Shown here piece by piece: positions 36,801 through 45,605 of a stretch of 64,000 nucleotides of DNA. The stretch comes from a virus (Duplodnaviria; Caudoviricetes). The notes under the pieces were generated by a model, which was not told the origin of the DNA, ran no database searches, and was given only the letters and a program-made list of their open reading frames with translations. Both the position numbers and the translations under genes were made by a program. The DNA lies in the IMG/VR virus record IMGVR_UViG_3300022723_000184, positions 1-64,000 of that record, one strand, 5' to 3'. Numbering within the stretch: position 1 is the stretch's first letter; each line of letters begins with the position of its first letter.

Positions 36801-39800
36801 CGTACCAGAAAACGTGGAATGTGCCGAACGGAAACAAGCACAACGCCCATCCGGGTGTCGCGTTTCCGTTAACACGGGATGTAGGCTGGTTTTTGGGGTT
36901 GTACGTTGCCGAGGGTTACGGGGTCGGCAAAGATGCTCGCGCTGTGGCGCTTGCTAACATCTCTCCCGAAGTGCAGACCAGGGTTTGCCGGTTTATGGCT
37001 GACATTGGTTTGTGCGTGAAGCCGTCTTCCGGCAGCGACGGGGTGAACGACCGGGTTGTTATCAACTGGCTGCAGTTATACAGAAAGTTGCGAGAGGATT
37101 TCGGGGACGGGGCTTATAACAAAAGGCTTCCCGCCTGGGTGCATTTTTCGCCGAAAGCGTTCCGGGAAGGTCTGTTGTCGGGATACATGGCTGGCGATGG
37201 GATCGTATCGAAACCAGTAGCCCGTTCAACAACAACCGGCGGCGGCAGCCGCAGCCTGGACCTGGTCAACGGGTTGACGCTTCTTTGTGCGTCACTCGGT
37301 ATTTCAACGTCTGTGTCCTCGCCCTGGGTTAATACCGGCCCGGGAGGATCCCGGGTGCAACAACACAAGTTCACGATACGTAAAGAGCACCAACATCTAC
37401 TCCCCGTGATCGGCCACCCGGAAAAAGACAAAAAAATGCAACGGTCGTCGTGGTCGGGCAAGCGGTCTTACGACTGGATACCGATTTTCGACGACCTTAG
37501 ACCTATGTTTAATCGGCGAACGCAGCGTCGCGACAACCGCCGCCGGCGGCTGGATAACCGTTATATGGGTCGCTTGGATCGCCGCGACGTAATCGACTTA
37601 TTTGGGGATGACGCGGAGTGGGCTACCAGGGGTTGGTCGTCGTCGTCTGTCTGGTGGGATCGGGTGAAGCGGGTGGACGAAGTCAGTTCGGACCATGAAT
37701 TCGTTTATGACCTTGACATGGAAGACAACGTGTTCCTGGCCAACGGCGTGTTTGTGCACAATACAACGCAGGCCCTGCCCGTGGCTAACCCCGAGGCGCC
37801 ACTCGTCCAGTCGGCGGTTCCCGGCAGCGGCGGGGCAATCAGCTTCGAGGACGAGTACGGATCGCACATGGGTGCGGTGCGTGCCGATCAGCCCGGTCGC
37901 GTGGTGGCGGTCACCGACGACGAGATCACCGTGCAGTACGCCGACAACAGCCGGGCGAACATCGAGCTGTACAACAACCATCCGTACAACCGTAAGAGCG
38001 TGACCGGTGACACCGAGATTCTGATCCGCAGAAGGGCGGAATCTGGGCGGTCGAGGCAAGGGCTTTACATCTGGCGAGGCCCGATTCGCGAGTATCAGTG
38101 GCGAGACGACGACTACGTCCTTTCGGTGTGTCCGAAAACGAAGCAGTCTGCGTGGAAGAAGGTCATCGCGAAAACGGCTCATCCCAACGACAAACGTCTG
38201 TTGCGGGTGAAGACAGCGTCCGGCCGTCATGTTGTGGTGACCGAAGACCACAGCCTGGTGACGATGGGTAGCGATGGAACACTCGTGCCTATCTATCCGG
38301 ACGATTGCCAGGTCGGCAAGACACGGTTGCCTGTGGCTAAGATCCCCGAAATGGTCTCGTCGAAGACGTATCCGGGCAAGTCTCGTAACGACGGTCGCGT
38401 GGTCGGCCTATACCTTGCGGAAGGGCACTGCCCGCCCAGTCAGCCAAACCTGGTGACGATTTCGGTTGAGCCGGACGATCGGGCAGAGACGGTACTGGCT
38501 TTGTTGAGAACCGTTTCGGAGGGCTACGAGCCGTTCCGAAACGGCGGTACCGTTTGTATGACGGCGCCGAAACTGGTCAAGAGGTTGGTGAAACAGTTCG
38601 GACACCGGTCACACAACAAGAAGATCCCGTCGCGATTCCTTCGGTACCCAGCCGAGTTCCGAGAAGGACTGGTCGAAGGGTACATGGGTGGCGACGGTTG
38701 CTTTTGGAAGGACGGAAACGGCGGGACTAATTTGGAGGCGACCAGTGTTTCGCGGGAGCTTCGGGACAACCTCGTCGACCTGCTGCTGTCGTTGGACGTG
38801 TTCACGACGCTGAAGACGTCGCCAAGGAAAAAGTACAAGGATGCGTGGCGGGACGGGTATCGCTTCCGCGTCTTGTCCGGGGAGCTACACAAGCTGCCCC
38901 GATGGTTCGTGTACGACGATCGAGAGGAACGGTTGAACGAATCCATCGATTCGCAGTACCGAGCTTCCGTGTACGAGATGGTTCCGGTCCCCGATAAAGA
39001 AGCCAGGACGCTCGTCTATGCCGGCTTCGACAAGACGCCGCTGCAAGGAAAAGTTGCCAAGCACAGGCTGGCCGGATCCAAAAGCGTGTTCGGCAAGTGG
39101 GGTGTCTCTGACGTCATGTGGGATGAGATCGTGGCGATCGAATCGGCGGACCACGAAGAGGAGGTCTACGACCTTTCCGTGCAAGACTCGGAGATGTTCG
39201 CTGTTTGTCACGGCCTGGTCGTACACAACACATACATCCATCAGACGCCGACGGTCCGGCCTGGCCAGTCCTTCAAGGCCGGAGACCTGCTTGCCCGGTC
39301 GAACTACACCAACGACCAGGGCGCGACGGCCCTGGGCGTCAACGCCCGCGTTGCTTACGTGCCGTGGGGCGGCAAGAACTTTGAAGACGCCATCGTGATC
39401 TCGGACTCCATGGCCAAGCGGTTGAGTTCCGAGCACATGTACCAGCACGACCTTGAGATCAGCGCCCGGACCCGCACTGGCAAGAACACCTACCTCTCGC
39501 TGTTCCCCGGCAAGTACGACAAGAAGACCCTGGAAAACATGGACGCTGACGGCGTCGTCAAACCAGGCACAGTCGTGCAACACGGGGATCCGCTAATCCT
39601 GGCTGCCGAAGAGCGGAGCCGGGCGCTGAACAAGGTTCACAAGAAGCGTCAGCCTGGCTTCCAAGACAACAGCATCACGTGGAAGCATCACGACGAAGGC
39701 GTGGTGACCGATGTGGTGAAGACCAAGAACGGCCCGGTCGTCTTGGTCAAGGGCCGGCAGGAGATGAAGGTCGGCGACAAGATGTGTTACGACCCGGAGA

Positions 39801-40831
39801 CTAGCCTACTCACGCGGCAAGGTTGGAAGCCTGTTGCGGAGGTTACGCTCGACGACGAGTTGGCGACGCTGAACCCGGAAACGGAAGAACTGGAGTACCA
39901 CAAACCAACTCACGTGCACTCGTTTGCTCACACGGGGGAGATGTACTACCTGAATACCAAGCACCTCAACATGCTGGTGACGCCGGAGCATCGCTTGTGG
40001 GTTGCTCGTCCGGGCCAGACCTACGGCGAGGTGACGGCTAAAGACTTCTACGAGTCGAAGGGCGAATGGCAGTTCAAGAAAGACTGCAAGTGGGTTGGCG
40101 AAGAACGCTTGTTGATGGAGTTCGAGCCGTACATCGCGAGGAACAGTCGAGAGCAAGTCCTGGAATCTGTACCCATGGACATTTGGCTCAGGTTCATCGG
40201 GTATTACCTGTCAGAGGGTCGAACTTGTCGTACTTCGAGCGGCGGGTATCAGGTGCAGATCAGCCAGTTCCGAACGTCTTCGGTTTGGGAGGACATTCAC
40301 GACACGCTGGTCGAGCTTGGTCTGCGTTTCTCGTACCGAGAAAACGAAAATAGGTTTGAGATCAACTCCAAGTGGTTGTACGGGGTGTTGCTGCCGTTGG
40401 GCAGCGATGCGTACTCGAAGCGAGTGCCGGAATACGTACAAGAACTGTGCTCTCGCCAGATCTCCGTCTTGTTCGATTCTTACATGGAAGGAGACGGACA
40501 TAAGGGGGCGTGCTGGGAGTTTGGAACGTCGAGCGAGCAGTTGGCTTTCGACCTTCAAGTGTTGTGTTTGAAGTTGGGCTGGTGTGTCAAGTTGAAGCCC
40601 GTCGACCGTGAAGACAACCTTCAAAAGAACCCTCACTGGCGGGGCCGAGTTAATCGTTCTCATCTGCGGCCTTGGTGGAAGAAAGGGCAGGCAAAGACCT
40701 ACGCGTCCAACGAAGAGAAGATGGTGCAGTACGACGGCGAGGTCTACTGCGTGACAGTTCCCAATCACATCGTTTATTGCAAGAGGGAGGACAAAACGTA
40801 CTGGTCGCTGAACAGCGGCCGGTACGGCTAG
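33809..40831 (+). CDS. rpoB: Multi-subunit RNA polymerase beta-like subunit (N-terminal/main part) with 4 inteins
   Basis: After removing inteins: DPLRTPE|SFRVG, QRVAMASRM|TTQALP, PYNRK|TYIHQTP, GKNFEDAIVIS, KVGDKM|SGRYG. Ends at TAG inside the GRxG(N/D)KG motif. Confidence 0.92.
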   Translation: MTTISNNLFDQDPANSILPDPSFPQPVPKPAPQEEEPEMRRFGDPIATRRAIYDRVFQAAQEMEPVVGQTHTLRLSNLNWADPEEYSKRKRKEAILSGQTLGRRLRGTWELVNNETGEVQDRTDKTVARIPYVTGSGTFVHRGNEYAIKNQQRLRAGVFTRVKDNGEVEAHANILRGGPSHRYFLDPAKGVFYMRLGQAKIPMMPLLKAMGATDAQLREAWGPEIHAANYGANDASALVKLKEKILKDRSAKQEELVSAFNQMELDPEVTQRTLGQPYENMGLDTLLDTSKKLLAVSRQEADVDDRDHLAYQTFLGPEDLLAERIRKDRGGVRRKLLWKLAREGNLSKLPAAVLQDQVDSALLESGLGQALEEINPAEVFDKQTQISRMGEGGIPSLQAVPDEARGVQPSHMGFMDPLRTPECYDEQTEVMTKQGWKPWPSVTESDEFACLVDGRLEFHLADKLVSYRYVGQMCGAKTALVDYLVTPDHRMYVRRGYDTPHWRIETANETHEAHVRILKCGGHSPYVGMAFDPGLPVFESRSNNSKAIDLATTDPCDWAEFVGWYLSEGNLAVSESRQSYKVMITQSPEANPENHTRIRDLLDRLPFDWSFCNHEKAFVVSRRHLYEWAKPLGKCDDKFIPARCFDWPEEARRSLLEGLLLGDGRKAVKGGRVGRPTQYCSTSRRLAYDVQRLLFTLGVSSRVVFEPDEREDHYLGCWVVHIHARTQRRVGRAHAAKESDFHLESYDGHVYCASVPGGLLYVRRNESCGIWCGNSFRVGVDVHLARNARKGRDGKLYAQFRDARSGKDVWRTPQDVADLAVAFPGSMKSEARRVPAMKNGRIRWVPKEKVDLVLSTFENAFSPLGNMVPLKSMVKGQRVAMASRMSVTGDAWVVVLRKSGDAYYGPIRDYVWRKGDKSPSIDKVTHRLVWKPVRAKLVHRNTKRLMRVTVDSGRSFVATEDHSCVTLGKSGRLEKIKTGDLSKGLPVPYAATLDCPETYQKTWNVPNGNKHNAHPGVAFPLTRDVGWFLGLYVAEGYGVGKDARAVALANISPEVQTRVCRFMADIGLCVKPSSGSDGVNDRVVINWLQLYRKLREDFGDGAYNKRLPAWVHFSPKAFREGLLSGYMAGDGIVSKPVARSTTTGGGSRSLDLVNGLTLLCASLGISTSVSSPWVNTGPGGSRVQQHKFTIRKEHQHLLPVIGHPEKDKKMQRSSWSGKRSYDWIPIFDDLRPMFNRRTQRRDNRRRRLDNRYMGRLDRRDVIDLFGDDAEWATRGWSSSSVWWDRVKRVDEVSSDHEFVYDLDMEDNVFLANGVFVHNTTQALPVANPEAPLVQSAVPGSGGAISFEDEYGSHMGAVRADQPGRVVAVTDDEITVQYADNSRANIELYNNHPYNRKSVTGDTEILIRRRAESGRSRQGLYIWRGPIREYQWRDDDYVLSVCPKTKQSAWKKVIAKTAHPNDKRLLRVKTASGRHVVVTEDHSLVTMGSDGTLVPIYPDDCQVGKTRLPVAKIPEMVSSKTYPGKSRNDGRVVGLYLAEGHCPPSQPNLVTISVEPDDRAETVLALLRTVSEGYEPFRNGGTVCMTAPKLVKRLVKQFGHRSHNKKIPSRFLRYPAEFREGLVEGYMGGDGCFWKDGNGGTNLEATSVSRELRDNLVDLLLSLDVFTTLKTSPRKKYKDAWRDGYRFRVLSGELHKLPRWFVYDDREERLNESIDSQYRASVYEMVPVPDKEARTLVYAGFDKTPLQGKVAKHRLAGSKSVFGKWGVSDVMWDEIVAIESADHEEEVYDLSVQDSEMFAVCHGLVVHNTYIHQTPTVRPGQSFKAGDLLARSNYTNDQGATALGVNARVAYVPWGGKNFEDAIVISDSMAKRLSSEHMYQHDLEISARTRTGKNTYLSLFPGKYDKKTLENMDADGVVKPGTVVQHGDPLILAAEERSRALNKVHKKRQPGFQDNSITWKHHDEGVVTDVVKTKNGPVVLVKGRQEMKVGDKMCYDPETSLLTRQGWKPVAEVTLDDELATLNPETEELEYHKPTHVHSFAHTGEMYYLNTKHLNMLVTPEHRLWVARPGQTYGEVTAKDFYESKGEWQFKKDCKWVGEERLLMEFEPYIARNSREQVLESVPMDIWLRFIGYYLSEGRTCRTSSGGYQVQISQFRTSSVWEDIHDTLVELGLRFSYRENENRFEINSKWLYGVLLPLGSDAYSKRVPEYVQELCSRQISVLFDSYMEGDGHKGACWEFGTSSEQLAFDLQVLCLKLGWCVKLKPVDREDNLQKNPHWRGRVNRSHLRPWWKKGQAKTYASNEEKMVQYDGEVYCVTVPNHIVYCKREDKTYWSLNSGRYG
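35075..36130 (+). mobile_element. Intein beta-1 (LAGLIDADG, 352 aa)
   Basis: CYDEQTEV...TPDH; LSEG and LLGDG endonuclease motifs; ends GN before Ser. Confidence 0.9.
36464..37762 (+). mobile_element. Intein beta-2 (LAGLIDADG, 433 aa)
   Basis: SVTGDAW...TEDH; YVAEG and MAGDG; ends VHN before Thr. Confidence 0.9.
37997..39229 (+). mobile_element. Intein beta-3 (LAGLIDADG, 411 aa)
   Basis: SVTGDTE...TEDH; YLAEG and MGGDG; ends VHN before Thr. Confidence 0.9.
39785..40813 (+). mobile_element. Intein beta-4 (LAGLIDADG, 343 aa)
   Basis: CYDPETS...TPEH; YLSEG and MEGDG; ends LN before Ser. Confidence 0.9.
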
Positions 40832-40833
40832 GT
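40826..40833 (+). other. Out-of-frame junction inside the beta conserved motif (candidate ribosomal hop site)
   Basis: GGC TAG in frame 2; GGT GAT AAA GGA in frame 1 starting at the G of TAG. Confidence 0.7.
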
Positions 40834-43800
40834 GATAAAGGAGTTGTTGCCGCGATCATCCCCGACAACCAGATGCCCCACGACAAAGCGGGCAGCCCGT
40901 ACGAGGTGCTGCTCAACCCCCTTGGGGTCATCAGCCGCTGTTACGACGAGCAGACTGAGTTCTTGACGGATCGAGGCTGGGTGTTTGGTCGTGACGTTCA
41001 TCAAGACGACCAGTTCGTTTGCTACCACGTCTGGACCGAGAACCTGTACACAATGCCACAGTTGGAGAAGTTTCACGTTGCGGACTACACAGGCAAAATG
41101 CTGAAGTTTGAGAACAAGCTCATGGACTTCTGCGTCACGCCGAATCACCGCATGTGGGCTGCTTGTGGATACCCCGGCGCGCCATGGCAGGAAGTGACGG
41201 CCGAGCGAATTTTCGACCGAAACGGGTGGAAGGTGCCTGTGGCCGGAAACCCGGTACCCGGTGAAGATCGGGACTTCGTGTTGCCGCAGATCGAGCGCCA
41301 CGTGAAGGATACGCAGTCGTCTGTAGAAGAAATTGTGATTGAAGCCGGGGACTGGGCCGAGTTCCTTGGTTGGTACGTGGCCGAAGGTAACGCCGACGAG
41401 AAAGTCCACATCTCTCAGAGTATCGAGGCTAATCCGGAAAACTGTAGCCGGATCGAGGAGCTGTTGAATCGCCTTCCGTTCGCCTGGAACTACAACGCGA
41501 AGAACACGCAGTTCCACATCACATCGAAGCGTCTTTGTGAGCACCTGAAACCGTTGGGGCTGTGTGATGAGAAGCACGTCCCGGACTGGGTCTTCTCGCA
41601 GAGCCCAGAGACACGGCAGCGGTTCCTAGATAGCTATCTGGCCGGTGACGGCGACAAAGATCAGACGAACAGAGACCATGCGTATTGGGGCGCCGGTACA
41701 ACGTCAAAACAGTTGGCGCAGGACCTCCAGCGACTGCTTATCTACCAAGGCTATTCGGCGAATACGTCGAAGCAGCCTTCGGGTATGTGGCGGGTCGGTA
41801 TTCACGCTAAACGGCACCGAATCTTGGAGAAACAGAACTGGGCCGAAGTTGACTACGACGGTAAGATCTATTGCCCGACGGTGCCAACCGGGTACATCGT
41901 GACTCGCCGCAACGGAAAGGTTTTGATCGCGGGCAACACCAACCCGGCCCAGATGGTGGAGGCCGCGTTGGGCAAGCTCGCCAAGCACCGCGGCCAGCCG
42001 ATCAAGGTCGAGGACTTCGACGAGAACATCGAGGACATGACTGAGTGGGCCAGGGATCAGCTGCGTAAGGCGGGGCTCTCGGACACCGAGGACATTGTCG
42101 ACCCTAGCACCGACAAGAAGATCAAGGGGATCAACACCGGCAACCGCTTCTTCATGAAGCTGCACCACACGGCGGAATGTTTTGACGATCAAACCGAGGT
42201 ACTTACAAAGCGAGGGTGGGTCTCGTGGGTTGATGCGCGAGACGATGATGAGTTCGCGACGCTTGATGGCGGCGACCTTGTTTATGAGCAGGCCGAGCGG
42301 GTAGTTCGCAGCGAGTACTACGGGCAATTGTGTTGTTTTGAGGGCAGATACCTTGACTATGCCGTTACCCCGAATCACCGACTCTGGTTGAAATCTTATA
42401 ACTGGCAAAAGGAGTGGGGGTTTCGCGAGGCCGGTGAGGTTCATGGGCGGCGGTTCTCTGTGCAACAATTCGGTCCCTCGGCGGCAGGTAACAATCCCGC
42501 AACCACTAAGATCGGCGATGACGACGTGGATTGGGATGATTACGCGGAGCTTGTTGGGTGGTGGGTCACTGAGGGGTACGCCAAGGTTACGCGTCGCCGG
42601 GCCTGCGTGATGATCTATCAAAGTGAATCCGCGAACCCGGAAAAACTTGCTAGGATTGAGGAGCTTGTGGCTCGTTTGCCGTGGCCCTGGCATTATTACA
42701 AAGTAAAAGGCGAGATTTTCGGTGTTGGCATTAGTAGTAGGGCACTTGCTGAGCATTTGAAGCAGTACGGAACACATTCACACAATAAGCGCTTACCGCG
42801 GCATCTCCTTGAGGGAGGATTGACCGGGCGACAGCGACTATTCGCGTCGATGATGGATGGCGACGGCAATCGGCAGACCACGCCGACTGGAAACATGGAA
42901 AGATTCACGACGACCTCTAAGGGGTTGGCAGATGATTTTCAGGAGTTGTGTGTTCGATCCGGATTCGGTGCGGTTATCCGCCCGGTTAAGCCGAGGAAAG
43001 AGACGCATTATTTGCCTGCGTGGACTTGCGGCGTCGCGTTGTCGCGAACAACCGCCCAGATCGACGGTGACCGCAATCTGGGCGGGTTCTCCCTTCGCAT
43101 GTACAAAGGCGTTGTTTATTGCGCAACGATGCGAACGGGGATGCTATATGTTCGGCGTAACGGTAAGCCGATGTGGAGCGGTAACTCCAAAGGACAGGGA
43201 CGTGGATCCGGAGGTTATACGGCTGAGGATGCACCGGCGAAGGGCGGCGAGACGGGCAGCAAGAGAATTGCGCTGCTCGATGTTAACGCCCTCCTCTCCC
43301 ACGGCGCTACAGAGGTTCTTCGGGATGCTTCTGCGATTCGCGGGCAGAAAAACGAAGACTACTGGCTGCAGTTCATGCAGGGCTACACACCTAAGCAGCC
43401 GAAGGTCCCGCTCGTCTACGAGAAGTTCGTCAACGAGCTGAAGGGCGCCGGGATCAACGTGGTGCGTGACGGGACGCAGACCAACATCATGGCGCTGACC
43501 GATGACGACATCGATCAGCTGGCCGGCGACCGCACGATCAAGTCGGGCGAGACCGTCCACTTCGACAAGGACCTCAAGCCGATCCCGGGCGGCCTGTTCG
43601 ACCCGGCGGTGACCGGCGGTCACCACGGTCGGCGGTGGGCCGCGATCAAGCTGGCCGAGCCCATGCCCAACCCGGTGATGGAAGAGCCGATCCGTCGAGT
43701 GCTCGGGCTGACTGGCAAGAAGTTCCAGGACATTATCGCGGGCAAGGACACGCTGCCCCGTTACGGCACCGGGCTGCGGGCGATTTCCGAGGCACTCGAA

Positions 43801-44877
43801 AACATCAACCTCGACCGCGAGATCCTGAGGACGCAGGGCGAGATCAAGAACGGGACGAAGGCGGCACGCGACGCCGCCGTGCGAAGGCTCGGCTACCTGA
43901 AGAGCGCCAAGCGGCTCAACATCCACCCGCGACAGTGGATGCTCAAGAAGGCCCCGGTCCTGCCTCCGCAGTTCCGCCCGGTCAGCGTGATGACCGACAA
44001 AGAGATCCCGCTCGTCGCCGATCCCAACTTCCTCTACAAGGAGTTGATCGAGGCGAACAACAACCTCATCGACATGAAAGGTGCGGTCGGCGATGAAGTG
44101 GGTGACGAGCGGCTGGCGGTCTACAACGCGTTCAAGGCGGTGACAGGGCTCGGCGACCCGATCACGCAGGAGTCGAAAGAGAAGAACGTCCGCGGCATCC
44201 TCAAGAGCGTGTTCGGCTCCAGCCCGAAGTTCGGCACCGCGCAGCGGAAGCTCATCGGGACGACGGTCGATAACGTGGGGCGTGCGGTGATCACGCCGAA
44301 CCCCTCGCTCGACATGGACAGCGTCGGCCTGCCCGAGGACCGGGCGTTCGAGGTGTACAAGCGGTTCCTGGTCCGCCGGCTCAAGCGGAAGGGGATGCCT
44401 GTGGCCCAGGCCATGCGGCACGTCAACGAGAAGTCGAGCTTGGCCCGAGACGTCTTGATTGAGGAGATGGAGCAGCGGCCGGTGATCATCAACCGGGCGC
44501 CCGTCCTCCACCGGTTCGGGATCATGGCCTTCAAGCCTCGCCTGGTGAAGGGCAGCACCCTGCAGGTGAGCCCGCTGGTCGTGAAGGGGTTCAACGCTGA
44601 CTTCGACGGCGACGCCATGAACTACCACGTGCCGACGGACGAGGAGGCCCGCAAAGAGGCTCTCGACCGGATGCTCCCCAGCCGCCAGTTGCTGAGCCCG
44701 TCCGACTTTAAGTCGCCGGTCCACGCTCCGAGCCAGGAGTACGTCGGCGGTCTGTACCACGCCACCGCAAGCAAGAGCGAGCGGCCGGTTCGGACGTTCG
44801 CCAGCCAGAAGGACGCGATCGCCGCGTACAGGCGAGGCGAGATCAGCATCGACGACCAGGTGCAGATCATCGGGTAG
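40831..44877 (+). CDS. rpoC: RNAP beta C-terminal part fused to beta' N-terminal part (catalytic NADFDGD), with 2 inteins; no independent start
   Basis: DKGVV, NPLGVISR|TNPAQ, MKLHHTAE|SK, then GGLFDP, PVLPPQFRP, GRAVITP, NRAPVLHR, FNADFDGD (44593-44613) and PSQE. Confidence 0.92.
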   Translation, partial: GDKGVVAAIIPDNQMPHDKAGSPYEVLLNPLGVISRCYDEQTEFLTDRGWVFGRDVHQDDQFVCYHVWTENLYTMPQLEKFHVADYTGKMLKFENKLMDFCVTPNHRMWAACGYPGAPWQEVTAERIFDRNGWKVPVAGNPVPGEDRDFVLPQIERHVKDTQSSVEEIVIEAGDWAEFLGWYVAEGNADEKVHISQSIEANPENCSRIEELLNRLPFAWNYNAKNTQFHITSKRLCEHLKPLGLCDEKHVPDWVFSQSPETRQRFLDSYLAGDGDKDQTNRDHAYWGAGTTSKQLAQDLQRLLIYQGYSANTSKQPSGMWRVGIHAKRHRILEKQNWAEVDYDGKIYCPTVPTGYIVTRRNGKVLIAGNTNPAQMVEAALGKLAKHRGQPIKVEDFDENIEDMTEWARDQLRKAGLSDTEDIVDPSTDKKIKGINTGNRFFMKLHHTAECFDDQTEVLTKRGWVSWVDARDDDEFATLDGGDLVYEQAERVVRSEYYGQLCCFEGRYLDYAVTPNHRLWLKSYNWQKEWGFREAGEVHGRRFSVQQFGPSAAGNNPATTKIGDDDVDWDDYAELVGWWVTEGYAKVTRRRACVMIYQSESANPEKLARIEELVARLPWPWHYYKVKGEIFGVGISSRALAEHLKQYGTHSHNKRLPRHLLEGGLTGRQRLFASMMDGDGNRQTTPTGNMERFTTTSKGLADDFQELCVRSGFGAVIRPVKPRKETHYLPAWTCGVALSRTTAQIDGDRNLGGFSLRMYKGVVYCATMRTGMLYVRRNGKPMWSGNSKGQGRGSGGYTAEDAPAKGGETGSKRIALLDVNALLSHGATEVLRDASAIRGQKNEDYWLQFMQGYTPKQPKVPLVYEKFVNELKGAGINVVRDGTQTNIMALTDDDIDQLAGDRTIKSGETVHFDKDLKPIPGGLFDPAVTGGHHGRRWAAIKLAEPMPNPVMEEPIRRVLGLTGKKFQDIIAGKDTLPRYGTGLRAISEALENINLDREILRTQGEIKNGTKAARDAAVRRLGYLKSAKRLNIHPRQWMLKKAPVLPPQFRPVSVMTDKEIPLVADPNFLYKELIEANNNLIDMKGAVGDEVGDERLAVYNAFKAVTGLGDPITQESKEKNVRGILKSVFGSSPKFGTAQRKLIGTTVDNVGRAVITPNPSLDMDSVGLPEDRAFEVYKRFLVRRLKRKGMPVAQAMRHVNEKSSLARDVLIEEMEQRPVIINRAPVLHRFGIMAFKPRLVKGSTLQVSPLVVKGFNADFDGDAMNYHVPTDEEARKEALDRMLPSRQLLSPSDFKSPVHAPSQEYVGGLYHATASKSERPVRTFASQKDAIAAYRRGEISIDDQVQIIG
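40939..41937 (+). mobile_element. Intein beta-5 (LAGLIDADG, 333 aa)
   Basis: CYDEQTEF...TPNH; YVAEG and LAGDG; ends GN before Thr. Confidence 0.9.
42178..43185 (+). mobile_element. Intein beta-6 (LAGLIDADG, 336 aa)
   Basis: CFDDQTEV...TPNH; WVTEG and MDGDG; ends GN before Ser. Confidence 0.9.
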
Positions 44878-44880
44878 TGC

Positions 44881-44909
44881 TTCACTCGCCTAAAGTTGTG
44901 AGGTACACT
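44881..44909 (+). promoter_or_regulatory. Possible sigma70-like promoter
   Basis: TTCACT-N17-TACACT, 28 nt before the ATG at 44937. Confidence 0.4.
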
Positions 44910-44936
44910 GACAGGATCACCACGGAAGGGCCCAAC

Positions 44937-45605
44937 ATGAGCAACCACCAGGTCAACCCTCAGCTGCACACCATGGCCATGCAGGCCGTCGCCGGTTACA
45001 TCGGCAAGGTGGCTGCGGAGGAGAAGAAAGCGTTTATCCCGGGCAGCGATCCGGCGATGGGCGGTGGCGGCATGCCCCCTGGCGGGGACCCGATGGCGGC
45101 GGCCGGCGGCGGCATGCCGATGGACCCTGCGATGATGGGTGGCGGCATGCCCATGGACCCCGCGATGATGGGCGGCGCCATGCCCCCGGCTCCCCCTGCG
45201 GCACCTGCTCCGGCGCCCGCCGCGCCCGCCGCGGCCCCCGAGCAGGTCAAGCCCAAGATCGACGTCAACGTCGAGATCATGCAGATCAAGCACATGCTGG
45301 CCCGCCTCGCCGACGCGATGGGCGTCCAGCTCTCGGCCGCCGAGATGGCGACCACTCCCGAGAAGCTCACCGAGATGGCACAGGGAGGCGGCCCTGGTGG
45401 TGCGGTGGGCGGCGGTGATCCTTCGGCGATTCAGCCCCCGCAACCGATCGATCCCATGCAGGCGGCGACGCCCGCTGAGAAAGGCGCGTCGATCCACGAC
45501 CGCACCGGCTTCAACACGCCGGACACCGCGGGCCTCGGCGAGACCGCCAGCCGGGCCTCCGCGATCTTGGCCATCAGGGGGCGGTCGAACGGTAGCGCTG
45601 CGTGA
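44937..45605 (+). CDS. Pro/Met/Gly low-complexity protein with K-x-A motifs
   Basis: GKVAA and EKKAF; repeated GGGMPMDPAMM; PAAP tract. Confidence 0.75.
   Translation: MSNHQVNPQLHTMAMQAVAGYIGKVAAEEKKAFIPGSDPAMGGGGMPPGGDPMAAAGGGMPMDPAMMGGGMPMDPAMMGGAMPPAPPAAPAPAPAAPAAAPEQVKPKIDVNVEIMQIKHMLARLADAMGVQLSAAEMATTPEKLTEMAQGGGPGGAVGGGDPSAIQPPQPIDPMQAATPAEKGASIHDRTGFNTPDTAGLGETASRASAILAIRGRSNGSAA

Noticed and set aside
40672-40830. ORF-track start at 40672 as the real N-terminus of the second RNAP ORF
   Set aside because: It overlaps the intein beta-4 coding frame, has no RBS and gives non-conserved sequence; homology begins only at GDKGVV (40831).
40829-40831. Genome-wide TAG reassignment (alternative genetic code)
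   Set aside because: TAG ends many genes normally (7008, 31770, 32183, 44877), and simple readthrough would stay in the wrong frame.
40820-40831. Classical -1 slippery-site frameshift at the beta junction
   Set aside because: No X XXY YYZ heptamer; P-site GGC cannot re-pair at CGG.
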